This document shows, piece by piece, positions 14,621 to 23,397 of a DNA stretch of 38,338 bases. Position 1 is the first letter of the stretch. Each line of letters opens with the position of its first letter. The notes beneath the pieces were generated by a model. That model had not been told where the DNA came from. It did not search any database and saw only the letters and a program-made list of their open reading frames with translations. A program made the translations under genes and the position numbers. Origin of the DNA: a bacterium (GTDB lineage: Bacteria > Patescibacteriota > Microgenomatia > Levybacterales > UBA12049); NCBI GenBank assembly GCA_021785915.1, contig JAJYEF010000002.1:1-38338 (forward strand), read 5' to 3'.

Positions 14621-16309
14621 TCAATTATTTAAAGCTTTGCTTACTTTATCTTTTAAATAAAACTCTTTAAGCCTGTCGTGCTTTTTCTTTATCTCAAGCC
14701 GGTATTTTTCGGGGTTGTTTTCGTCCAGCCCGTATTTTGACAGGGGATAAACAAGACATATGTCGTAAGCCGACAGGAGCTCGTCAGGCAAATTTTTCGA
14801 AAAAACGTTCGGATCGAATTTGCTGTTTTTTTCAAAAAAAGATATTAGACTATCCGCGATTTTACCCAGTGCAGGCGTTTCAAACTTGTAGTTTTTTAAG
14901 AAACTCTTATATTCTCCCATTATTTCCTTCGGGTTTTTACTTTGCAAAATAAGTGCCATAAAAAATTCTTCCAAAACTTCCCGTTCCCCTCTTTTTTTCT
15001 TTTGAGGAATTACGATTCTGTCTTCCTTATCTTTACCTTGATGTTTCTCCAATTCCTTAATAAGGCTTTCATAAGAAACGTCTAAAATTTTGCTTAATTT
15101 TTTTAAATAATGTTCTTTAATTATTTCGTTTGAAATGTTAACAAATAGCGCCAAAAGATTATCGGTTATAACTTTTTTGCCCTCGGCTGATTCCGCGTCG
15201 TTTTCCGAAACAAATTTATCAATCATAAAATCATAAACGCTTACTTTTTCTTTTACCGACCTTTTAAAAGCAATTGGATTTTCCTTTATCGCCTCGTCCG
15301 GATCCTTTGCGTTATCTAAAACAATTATGTCGGTTGTTAATCCTTTTTTCTCCAAGACCTCGAGGCTTCTTTTTGTCGCCTCAAACCCCGCCAGATCCTG
15401 GTCCAAGCAAAGCGTTACTTTTGGGGTAAACCTCGACAAAAGTGCGACCTGGGTCTCCGTTAAGGCAGTGCCTTTAATCGCTACCGCATTTCTGTAACCC
15501 TCCTCAAAAAGGGATATCGCGTCGAATTCTCCCTCAACGATAATGGCGTCCTGTTTTTGCTTAATTTCGTCTTTTGCGCTGTTAAGTCCGAAAAACATGC
15601 TTCCTTTATGGTATACAGCTGTTTCTTTTGTATTAATGTACTTTGGCTGATCCGAGTCATTTAACGCCCTTCCGGAAAACCCTGTTACGTTTCCCCTGTG
15701 GTCAAAAAGCGGGAACATAATCCTTCCCCTGAAAAAATCAAAAAGTCTCCCGCCCCTTTCGGTCGCAGTACCCGCCAAAATTAAATCCTTTGCCTTAAAG
15801 TCTTTTTTTTTGGTCAAAAAGTCGGAAAGGGACGAGTAGGTGTTTGGAGAAAATCCTATTTCAAAAGTTTCTATCGCTTTTTTTGATATTTTTCTTTTTT
15901 CGGTTAAATATGACAACGCATGTTTGCCGCTTGAATGCTCTGTTAAAAGATAATGATAGAATTTTAGAGAGAGATTATTGATTTCATAAATTTTTTCTTT
16001 TTCCGAGTACTGTCCCTGCCTAAAACCTGTTTCTTTCAATGTGACTCCGGCCCTTTTTGCCAGAATCCTAAGCGCTTCGGGGAATTCCATGTTTTCGTAT
16101 TCCATCAAAAAAGTAAACGCGTCGCCGCCTTTTCCGCAACCGAAGCAGTGCCAAATTTGCCGCTCCGGAGAAACTATAAAAGAGGGCGTTGATTCGTTAT
16201 GAAAAGGGCAATTTGCCTTAAAATTCCGCCCCGCCTTTTTAATAGGTATGTATTCCTGAATAAAAGAGGGAAGATCTATTTTTTCCCTTATTTCGGAAAC
16301 TTGGTCCAT
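14621..16309 (-). CDS. dnaG: DNA primase
   Basis: It has the Zn-finger 'CPFHNESTPSFIVSPERQIWHCFGCGKGGD' and the TOPRIM region 'IIVEGEFDAISL ... LCLDQDLAG'. Confidence 0.95.
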   Translation of the reverse strand: MDQVSEIREKIDLPSFIQEYIPIKKAGRNFKANCPFHNESTPSFIVSPERQIWHCFGCGKGGDAFTFLMEYENMEFPEALRILAKRAGVTLKETGFRQGQYSEKEKIYEINNLSLKFYHYLLTEHSSGKHALSYLTEKRKISKKAIETFEIGFSPNTYSSLSDFLTKKKDFKAKDLILAGTATERGGRLFDFFRGRIMFPLFDHRGNVTGFSGRALNDSDQPKYINTKETAVYHKGSMFFGLNSAKDEIKQKQDAIIVEGEFDAISLFEEGYRNAVAIKGTALTETQVALLSRFTPKVTLCLDQDLAGFEATKRSLEVLEKKGLTTDIIVLDNAKDPDEAIKENPIAFKRSVKEKVSVYDFMIDKFVSENDAESAEGKKVITDNLLALFVNISNEIIKEHYLKKLSKILDVSYESLIKELEKHQGKDKEDRIVIPQKKKRGEREVLEEFFMALILQSKNPKEIMGEYKSFLKNYKFETPALGKIADSLISFFEKNSKFDPNVFSKNLPDELLSAYDICLVYPLSKYGLDENNPEKYRLEIKKKHDRLKEFYLKDKVSKALNN

Positions 16310-16376
16310 ATCTTCGATATTTTACCACTTTTAAGTATTGATTTTACTTTTAATATCTGTTTAAATACCAAAGCCT

Positions 16377-17648
16377 ATGGCAGTAACTCTTGTAGTCGGC
16401 GCCCAATGGGGCGACGAAGGAAAAGGCAAAATTATAGACTGCCTCGCAGACACATCCGACCTTGTCGTAAGGTTCCACGGAGGAAACAACGCCGGACATA
16501 CCGTTGTAAATAAATTCGGGAAATTCCCGATGCACCTTATCCCCTCGGGAATTTTTAACAAAAAGGCAAAAGCCGTTATCGCAAACGGAGTGATACTTGA
16601 CTTGGAAGTTTTGGTAAAAGAAATTAAAATGCTGGAAACTGCGGGGATTAATTTAAAAGGAAGGGTTTTAATTTCCCCGAGGTGCCATGTAATAATGCCT
16701 TACCATAAACTCCTGGACAGGCTTTACGAAGAAGCAAAGGGCAAGAAAAAAACCGGGACGACCGGAAAAGGAATAGGCCCGACTTATGCCGACAAGGTTA
16801 GTTATAACGGAATAAGAGTTGCAGATTTTTTTGACAGGAAAAACTTCAGGGATAAACTTTCAACACAGCTTCTTGTAAAAAATAAGGTTCTTAAATCACT
16901 CGGCGAAAAGCCGTTAAACGAAAAAGAGATAGAGGAAAAATATTACAGACTTTTTATTAAATTAAAACCTTTTATAAAAGAGGCGTTTTCCGTTGTTTCC
17001 GGAACTGTTAGTAAAAACAAAAAAGTGCTCCTTGAAGGAGCGCACGGGATATTCTTGGATAACGACTGGGGCACTTACCCTTTTGTAACCGCGTCTAATG
17101 TTTTATCCGGAAATATAACCGCCGGCGCCGGAATTCCTCCGCAAAAACTGACGAAAGTAATAGGTGTTACAAAAGCTTATACGACAAGGGTGGGGCAGGG
17201 GCCTTTTCCGACAGAGCTTTTTGACAAAAATGGGGACTTGCTCGTTGAGAAAGGGATTGAGTTCGGAACAACAACCGGAAGAAAAAGAAGGACCGGATGG
17301 TTTGACGCGGAAATTTTAAGATTTGCGGCAAAACTTAACGGATTTACCGAACTCGCGATTACAAAACTTGACGTCCTGGACCAGTTCAAGGAAATTAAAA
17401 TTTGTACGCACTATGCACTGAAAGGCCGGAGGGTAAATTACGAAGACGGGGACTCACTGTTTTTATCAAAAGTAAAACCCGTATATAAAACAATCAAAGG
17501 TTGGCAGAAAAATACCAACGGGGTTAAAAAATATAGCGATCTGCCTCCTCAAGCAAAAGCATATCTTAAGGAAATCGAAAAGCAGGTCGGGGTAAAAATT
17601 TCCTACATCTCCACCGGCCAGGAAAGAGAAAGTCTAATTACCATCTAA
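16377..17648 (+). CDS. purA: Adenylosuccinate synthetase
   Basis: 'VVGAQWGDEGKGKIID' and 'FHGGNNAGHTV' are both present. Length is 423 aa. Confidence 0.97.
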   Translation: MAVTLVVGAQWGDEGKGKIIDCLADTSDLVVRFHGGNNAGHTVVNKFGKFPMHLIPSGIFNKKAKAVIANGVILDLEVLVKEIKMLETAGINLKGRVLISPRCHVIMPYHKLLDRLYEEAKGKKKTGTTGKGIGPTYADKVSYNGIRVADFFDRKNFRDKLSTQLLVKNKVLKSLGEKPLNEKEIEEKYYRLFIKLKPFIKEAFSVVSGTVSKNKKVLLEGAHGIFLDNDWGTYPFVTASNVLSGNITAGAGIPPQKLTKVIGVTKAYTTRVGQGPFPTELFDKNGDLLVEKGIEFGTTTGRKRRTGWFDAEILRFAAKLNGFTELAITKLDVLDQFKEIKICTHYALKGRRVNYEDGDSLFLSKVKPVYKTIKGWQKNTNGVKKYSDLPPQAKAYLKEIEKQVGVKISYISTGQERESLITI

Positions 17649-18659
17649 TTATCTTGCTGAATAATTCCTCACGGGAGGTACCTTTTGTTCACTGCTTAAT
17701 TCAAAATATAAGGTGCAAAACAAATCATAACCAATCGGAATGCCTGATTCTTGGTGGGCAGCTCTTAAGCTTATTCTCTTGGTGGGATCTAAAGAGTTTA
17801 AATATTTCTTTACCTCCTCTTTATGCTCTGCGTGTTTCCATCTGGTTTTTCCCGCATCGCTTTTGCCTATAGGATTTATCAAGCCGATCCACAGCAAAAA
17901 CCTTGTAGCATCTTCAACTTTTCCGATGTCTGCGTTCAATTGTTGGGCAACTTGCTCATTGCTCGTTGTCTTAAACCTGCTCTGTGCGACCCGCATCAGA
18001 AATCTGTCTTGTTGCCGTACCGCAGATTTACCTGAGGGGGTCGGCGGAATTTCCCCGAAAAATATTAACGCTCTTACAGCTGTTTCTACATATTTAATAT
18101 TGAGGCCCAGTTCTTCTGCAATTTTTACATTGTTCATTCCCTTAGTTTTAAGAATAGCTATTTGATCCGTCCCGGGACGGGAATTAAGCATTTTTTCTTT
18201 ACCGTAATTTTTAAATATTTTTTCTGCCTCGCTTACACTTATTTCTAATTCATCCGCCGCTTCCGATAATGATAGACCCTCTCGTAAAAGATTTATTATC
18301 CTTACCGAAGAGTTATTTGAAGGCATCGCAGAATCCCTGAGTTGATTGTAAAATTCATCGTATCTCTCTACCAAAGCATCATCATAAGCTAACCTGTCAT
18401 GGATTCTAATTAGCTCATCTTCTCTGATTTCGCCAAATAACTCTTTTTTTCTTATTAAGGCTTTTTGTCCAAGTTCTTGAAACTCGCTATATTCAAACAT
18501 GATCATTTTTTGCGCACTGTCTAAATCGCTGAAAGACGTACTTGATAAAATATTAACGGCCATTTCTTCCGTGGGCGTCAACATTTTTCCGTCAAAAATT
18601 CTACGAAAAAGGTTTTCCGGTCGTTGCTCTGCTTGCGGTATGTTCTCCGGGCTTTTCAT
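17649..18659 (-). CDS. Hypothetical protein with three HTH-like (sigma-70 region 4/LuxR-like) repeats
   Basis: Helix-turn-helix-like segments recur: 'LSLSEAADELEISVSEAEKI', 'MNNVKIAEELGLNIKYVETAV' and 'TSNEQVAQQLNADIGKVEDAT'. Confidence 0.6.
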   Translation of the reverse strand: MKSPENIPQAEQRPENLFRRIFDGKMLTPTEEMAVNILSSTSFSDLDSAQKMIMFEYSEFQELGQKALIRKKELFGEIREDELIRIHDRLAYDDALVERYDEFYNQLRDSAMPSNNSSVRIINLLREGLSLSEAADELEISVSEAEKIFKNYGKEKMLNSRPGTDQIAILKTKGMNNVKIAEELGLNIKYVETAVRALIFFGEIPPTPSGKSAVRQQDRFLMRVAQSRFKTTSNEQVAQQLNADIGKVEDATRFLLWIGLINPIGKSDAGKTRWKHAEHKEEVKKYLNSLDPTKRISLRAAHQESGIPIGYDLFCTLYFELSSEQKVPPVRNYSAR

Positions 18660-19072
18660 TTGGGCAAGATTATAACATTTTTGTTATTGTATTATCGAAA
18701 GCGCTGTGCCCGCAAAGTATTTTCAGCCGCGATGTTTGGTACTGAATGCAAAAGACATAAGTTTTAAAAAAATTTTCTTTCCGAAGCATCAATTATAAAA
18801 GGTGCTGGAATTTTCGGTATTGACAGCCATCTTGACTTGATTAAATTTTAACAAACGGAAAGAGCTTGAAACCGTAAAGCAAAGCAGTCTTGGAAGTTAC
18901 GGGTTTCTGCGCGGTCGTACCAAGGGTCATAAAAATCGCAAAAACAATTGCCGGCCTTGGTGATTCCTCTGAAAGAAGACCAACCAAATCTAAGAAACGC
19001 TGCAATACCGGTCAAAAACGGAAATTGCCTATTGACTAACACAATTTTTTTTGTTTACACTGGAATTAGAGG

Positions 19073-19330
19073 ATGACAGCAACACCAGAATTTACACGAA
19101 GATTAGCTCATCTTTATGACCCTGCCCTTCAAACCGATGTTTTCGGAAGACGTCCCGCCTCTCCAAAAGAAATACAAAAAGCCATAGGGGGAACGCCTTT
19201 TGAAGAAGTTGTTTTTGAACGACACGATAGTGAAAATGCTACAACTCCTGATTGGAGAGAGTTAAAAAAACAAAGAGTGCTAAGACAAAGAGCAGCAAAA
19301 GCCGCAAGAAACAAAATCCGCCGCAGATAG
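19073..19330 (+). CDS. Hypothetical small protein with a basic C-terminus
   Basis: 85-aa ORF of non-repetitive composition, with GGAG-like 'agagg' 1-2 nt upstream of the ATG. No family recognised. Confidence 0.45.
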   Translation: MTATPEFTRRLAHLYDPALQTDVFGRRPASPKEIQKAIGGTPFEEVVFERHDSENATTPDWRELKKQRVLRQRAAKAARNKIRRR

Positions 19331-19357
19331 TATTGCAACAAGTAGTATAATAGACAC

Positions 19358-20026
19358 ATGGAAAATTTCAACGATATCAAATGGTTTGGACACGCAAGTT
19401 TTTCTTTTGTCGATGAAAACGGCAACAGGATTTATTACGTCGACCCGTTTGAATTAACCTACAAAAAACTGGACAAGGCGGATTTAATTTTTATAACACA
19501 CGCGCACCCCGACCATTTTTCCCAAAGCGACATAGATAAAATAATAAAAGAGGATACTGTAATTGTTGCCCCTCCCGATATTTTGGCAAAAATCGATATA
19601 GCGAGTAATCGGAAAATCGCGGTTGAGCCGAACAAATCTTTCGAAGTTAAAGGGTTTAAGTTCCAAACGGTCCCGGCATATAATAACCGCCCCGAAAGAC
19701 TTGCGTTTCACCCCAAAGAAAACCACTGGGTCGGATATATTTTCGAAGTGAACGGCAAAAAAATTTACCATGCGGGGGACACGGATTTTATAGACGAAAT
19801 GAGATCATTAAAAGATCTAAAGCTCGATGTCGCCATGCTTCCGATAGGCGGACACTATACTATGGACGAAGAGGAGGCTGCAAAAGCCGCGAACGAAATA
19901 GGGGCCAAAGTAACTGTTCCTATGCACTACAGACGGAATGTCGGGGAAAGATACCCGGAAGTTGAGGAAAACTTTAAAAAACTCGTTACCAACTCGAAGG
20001 TTGTAATTTTAGAAGAATTAAAGTAA
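19358..20026 (+). CDS. Metallo-beta-lactamase-fold hydrolase (UPF0173-like)
   Basis: It has the '[10 protein letters not shown]' metal-binding motif, and a downstream 'HAGDTD' and 'PMHY'. Confidence 0.85.
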   Translation: MENFNDIKWFGHASFSFVDENGNRIYYVDPFELTYKKLDKADLIFITHAHPDHFSQSDIDKIIKEDTVIVAPPDILAKIDIASNRKIAVEPNKSFEVKGFKFQTVPAYNNRPERLAFHPKENHWVGYIFEVNGKKIYHAGDTDFIDEMRSLKDLKLDVAMLPIGGHYTMDEEEAAKAANEIGAKVTVPMHYRRNVGERYPEVEENFKKLVTNSKVVILEELK

Positions 20027-21067
20027 TTTTTTCTGCTCACCGTTTTTTTTATCTTCCCCCGAAAATCTAATCCCCAAATGCTTATACGAAGCCTGCGTTG
20101 CGACTCTTCCTCTTGTTGTTTTTTTAACAAAACCTATCTGCATAAGGTAAGGCTCAATAACTTCTTCTATTGTCCCTATGTCTTCCGAGATTGTTGATGC
20201 AATTGTTTCAATACCTACCGGCCCGCCGCCGTGTTTTTCAATAATTGCCCTAAGATACCTTACGTCCGAGGAATCAAGCCCTACTTCGTCTACTTCCAAT
20301 AGATTAAGAGCGTCCTTTACGCTGTCCTTGGCAAGCTTTCCGTCCGACTTTACCTGGACAAAATCCCTTGCCCTTTTTAAAAGCTTGAGCGCGATCCTTG
20401 GGGTCCCCCTTGACCTTTTTGCAATCTCCGCAACCGACGCATTATCAATAGGGACTTTGAGCTTAACCGCTGCTTTTGAAATTATTTCCTCCAATGCTTT
20501 AGGGTCGTAGAAAGAAAGCCTGTGGATTACCCCGAACCTGTCACGAAGAGGCGCGGACATCAACCCGATTCTGGTTGTTGCACCGATTATTGTAAAAGGC
20601 GGCAAATCAAGCCTTACAGTCCTTGCGCTCGGACCTTTTCCGATTACGATATCAAGGGCAAAATCTTCCATTGCAGGATACAGGGTTTCTTCAACAACCT
20701 TGTTAAGTCTGTGGATTTCGTCGATAAATAAAACGTCGCCTTTCTCAAGATTTGTAAGGATCGAGGCGAGGTCGCCCGCCCTCTCTATAGCTGGGCCCGA
20801 CGTAATCCTTATATTTACTCCCATTTCCTTTGCGATTAAATGTGATAGCGTTGTCTTGCCAAGTCCCGGAGGACCGTACAAAAGTACGTGCTCGATTGGC
20901 TCTTTTCTTTTTTTTGCTGCGGCGATTGCAATTTTTAGGGATTCTTTAACATTTTTTTGTCCGTAAAACTCACCCCAGTCTGAAGCTCTGAGGGACGTAA
21001 AAAGAATTTCTTCTTCGGGAGTTTCCGCTTCTTCTTTTTGTTTTTTGACTTTTGGATTTTTGCTCAT
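20018..21067 (-). CDS. ruvB: Holliday junction branch-migration ATPase RuvB
   Basis: It has Walker A 'GPPGLGKTT' and '[10 protein letters not shown]', with RuvB-typical flanking sequence. Confidence 0.97.
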   Translation of the reverse strand: MSKNPKVKKQKEEAETPEEEILFTSLRASDWGEFYGQKNVKESLKIAIAAAKKRKEPIEHVLLYGPPGLGKTTLSHLIAKEMGVNIRITSGPAIERAGDLASILTNLEKGDVLFIDEIHRLNKVVEETLYPAMEDFALDIVIGKGPSARTVRLDLPPFTIIGATTRIGLMSAPLRDRFGVIHRLSFYDPKALEEIISKAAVKLKVPIDNASVAEIAKRSRGTPRIALKLLKRARDFVQVKSDGKLAKDSVKDALNLLEVDEVGLDSSDVRYLRAIIEKHGGGPVGIETIASTISEDIGTIEEVIEPYLMQIGFVKKTTRGRVATQASYKHLGIRFSGEDKKNGEQKKLL

Positions 21068-21642
21068 TTCTTTCCTAAGTATTTTAGCGCAAATCTGATT
21101 TTGTCTTCCGTTGTAAGGTTAGGGTCCTTAATTTCTCGCAATGCTTTTTTTGTTTCATTTGAAGAAAAACCAAACGATTTCAACGCTTCAACGACTTCTG
21201 CGTTTTGCGCAAAATCCTTGCCGGTTAAATCTATCTCCTGCAGGCCTCCCATTTTGTTTTTTAATTCTATTATGATTTTCTGTGCATTTTTTGTACCGAG
21301 TCTTGGAACGGATGTAAAAAAAGAAACGTCACCCGTTGTTATCGCGTTTTGAATATCGCTTCTTTTTCCGAAAGAAAAAATGTTCAATGCGGTCCTCGGA
21401 CCGACCCCGGAAACGCTGATCAAATTCTCGAAAAGCTGTAAATCCTCTGCTTCCAAAAAGCCGAAGAGTGAAATTTCGTCTTCGCGCACAAACGTGTGAA
21501 TAAAAAGTTTTATATCTTCCCCCATTTTTAGTTGCGAGTATACACTGTCGGAAACCAAAACCTTATACCCGACACCCGAGACATTGACTACAACGAAGGG
21601 CCTTAATAGAAGTTCAACTTGTCCGTTAAGAAAACCGATCAT
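21064..21642 (-). CDS. ruvA: Holliday junction DNA helicase subunit RuvA
   Basis: N-terminal 'MIGFLNGQV...[10 protein letters not shown]' and the HhH region '[15 protein letters not shown]' are both present. It overlaps ruvB by 4 nt. Confidence 0.9.
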   Translation of the reverse strand: MIGFLNGQVELLLRPFVVVNVSGVGYKVLVSDSVYSQLKMGEDIKLFIHTFVREDEISLFGFLEAEDLQLFENLISVSGVGPRTALNIFSFGKRSDIQNAITTGDVSFFTSVPRLGTKNAQKIIIELKNKMGGLQEIDLTGKDFAQNAEVVEALKSFGFSSNETKKALREIKDPNLTTEDKIRFALKYLGKK

Positions 21643-21697
21643 AATCTAATTTATCCGGAACAGGCGGAAATACGATTTAAACGATTATAACACAAAG

Positions 21698-22186
21698 CTA
21701 TAAAAGCTTTGTATTAAGCCTTGTGGAAAATGCATGCGCTATGGCAACGGCCAGAGCATCCGTAGTGTCGTCGGGTTTTGGGATTTCCTTTAAAACCAAG
21801 AGCGTTTTTACCATTTTGCCCACCTGGTCTTTTTCCGCCCTTCCATAACCGGTAAGAGAAATTTTAACCTGCAGGGGGGTATAAATTGCAACCGGCACTT
21901 TCCCCTGGGACGCTGCCAAAATAATTACACCCCTTGCCTGACCGACGACAAAAGCAGTTTTTGCGTTTGTATTGAAAAAAAGCTCTTCTATAGAAAGCGC
22001 GTCGGGAGAATGCTTCTTGATAAGGCTTGATATTTCTTCGTGAATTTCCAGAAGCCTGTCGGAAACCTGGCTTTTGGGACTTGTTTCGATGCAGCCGTAA
22101 TTAACAACTTTCAACTTTGAACTTTCAAAATCTATAATTCCCCAACCGCACCTTCCGATCCCGGGGTCAACACCCAAAATTCTCAT
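21698..22186 (-). CDS. ruvC: Crossover junction endodeoxyribonuclease RuvC
   Basis: 'MRILGVDPGIGRCGWGII', 'SIEELFF' and 'DDTTDALAVAIAHA' are all present. Confidence 0.93.
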   Translation of the reverse strand: MRILGVDPGIGRCGWGIIDFESSKLKVVNYGCIETSPKSQVSDRLLEIHEEISSLIKKHSPDALSIEELFFNTNAKTAFVVGQARGVIILAASQGKVPVAIYTPLQVKISLTGYGRAEKDQVGKMVKTLLVLKEIPKPDDTTDALAVAIAHAFSTRLNTKLL

Positions 22187-22240
22187 GTCCCTATATTATC
22201 ATATTGTGTTTATTTCTAGTTTAAGATAAAATATCAAAAT

Positions 22241-22960
22241 ATGAAGCATACAAAGCTTAACGCCGAGAAAAGAACGGTTTTAGGCAAAAATGTTAAGAAA
22301 CTAAGACGTGAAGGGATAATTCCGGGGAATGTATACGGGAAGAGTATCAAATCCCAGTCGGTCCAGACCGAAGAAAAAGAGTTCTTAAAAGTCTACGACG
22401 AGGTGGGAGAAACAGGACTCGTTGATCTTACCATCGGAAACGAAATAATACCTGTCTTGATCCAGCATGTAAATAAGAACTTCAGGCATCAAATCCTTCA
22501 CACAGACTTCTACCAGGTAAACCTTAAAGAAAAAGTAAGGGCGGCGGTTCCTCTTGAAATTGTCGGCGAGCCCAAAGCCGTTACAGATAAAATAGGACTA
22601 TTAATGAACATTATCGGCGAAGTTGAAGTCGAGGCCCTCCCCGAAAGCTTACCGGAAAATATACAGGTCGACGTGTCAAATCTTGCAAATATCGACGAGC
22701 AGATAACGGTCGGTGACCTCAAAATTGAAGAAGGTGTAGAAATTCTAACCGATAAAGAACAGGTCGTCTCAAAGATCGAAGAACTTGTTACTAAAGAGGC
22801 TCAGGAGGAGGCCGCAGCCGAAGCAGCAGCCGCGGAGGCCGCAAAAGAAGGCGCGGAGGGTGAAGAAGCAGCTGCCGGCGCAGAGGGCGGCGAAGCTCCT
22901 GCCGCCGAAGGAGAAGCAAAACCCCAGGAAGAACCAAAAGAAGAACCCGCGAAAGAGTAA
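22241..22960 (+). CDS. rplY: Ribosomal protein bL25 (Ctc form) with an Ala/Glu-rich C-terminal tail
   Basis: The 'RREGIIPGNVYGK' motif is present, in a two-domain Ctc-type length. The low-complexity A/E/P tail begins around aa 185. Confidence 0.85.
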   Translation: MKHTKLNAEKRTVLGKNVKKLRREGIIPGNVYGKSIKSQSVQTEEKEFLKVYDEVGETGLVDLTIGNEIIPVLIQHVNKNFRHQILHTDFYQVNLKEKVRAAVPLEIVGEPKAVTDKIGLLMNIIGEVEVEALPESLPENIQVDVSNLANIDEQITVGDLKIEEGVEILTDKEQVVSKIEELVTKEAQEEAAAEAAAAEAAKEGAEGEEAAAGAEGGEAPAAEGEAKPQEEPKEEPAKE

Positions 22961-23392
22961 TTAATTTCCCGCAAGCAGTTTCTGTAAGTTTTGTGCATCG
23001 GTAAAGTTCGGGTCTAAAAGCAGGGCTTTTGAATTATCTTGTTTTGCCTGAGCGTATTCTCCAAGTTTGTATTCAAGAAGTGCGCGCTGAAAATACGCAT
23101 CTTTGTAGCCGTCATACTTCTCCAAGATAGACTGCCAGAAATTAATGTCACCTTTTATTTGCTGCCTGCTGTTGGTAAGGCGAGAGAAAGAGCTTAAATT
23201 ATTGTAAAGGCTTACCGATGAAACCATCAGCGCGCAAATTAGAACTAATGATAAAATAGCCGACGCTCCGCTTAGAAAATAACACGTTTCTTTTTTCTTT
23301 AACAGTTTCTTTAAATGAAGCTCTTCGGGAATAAATCGGAATATATTCGGGAATTCCGTGGCTAAGTTCTTTTTATTTTCCTTTTTTTTCAT
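22961..23392 (-). CDS. Membrane-anchored TPR-like protein
   Basis: It has one TM helix (ILSLVLICALMVSSV) followed by a TPR-like 'AYFQRALLEYKLGEYAQAKQDNSKALLLDPNF'. It lies 5 nt downstream of valS on the same strand. Confidence 0.65.
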   Translation of the reverse strand: MKKKENKKNLATEFPNIFRFIPEELHLKKLLKKKETCYFLSGASAILSLVLICALMVSSVSLYNNLSSFSRLTNSRQQIKGDINFWQSILEKYDGYKDAYFQRALLEYKLGEYAQAKQDNSKALLLDPNFTDAQNLQKLLAGN

Positions 23393-23397
23393 TTAAT

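Noticed and set aside
17654-18165. + strand ORFs 17654-17872, 17740-18165 and 17823-18035
   Set aside because: They are fragmentary and overlap each other. The minus-strand 336-aa ORF spans the whole interval in a single frame and has repeated HTH-like units.
18848-19042. 64-aa minus-strand ORF in the long spacer
   Set aside because: It has no start context, an odd composition (Phe/Cys/Arg-rich) and no partner genes. The region is treated as non-coding.
22801-22998. Minus-strand Ala/Ser-rich ORF antisense to the bL25 tail
   Set aside because: It is an artefact of the GCN/GAR-rich low-complexity region that encodes the A/E-rich tail of bL25.
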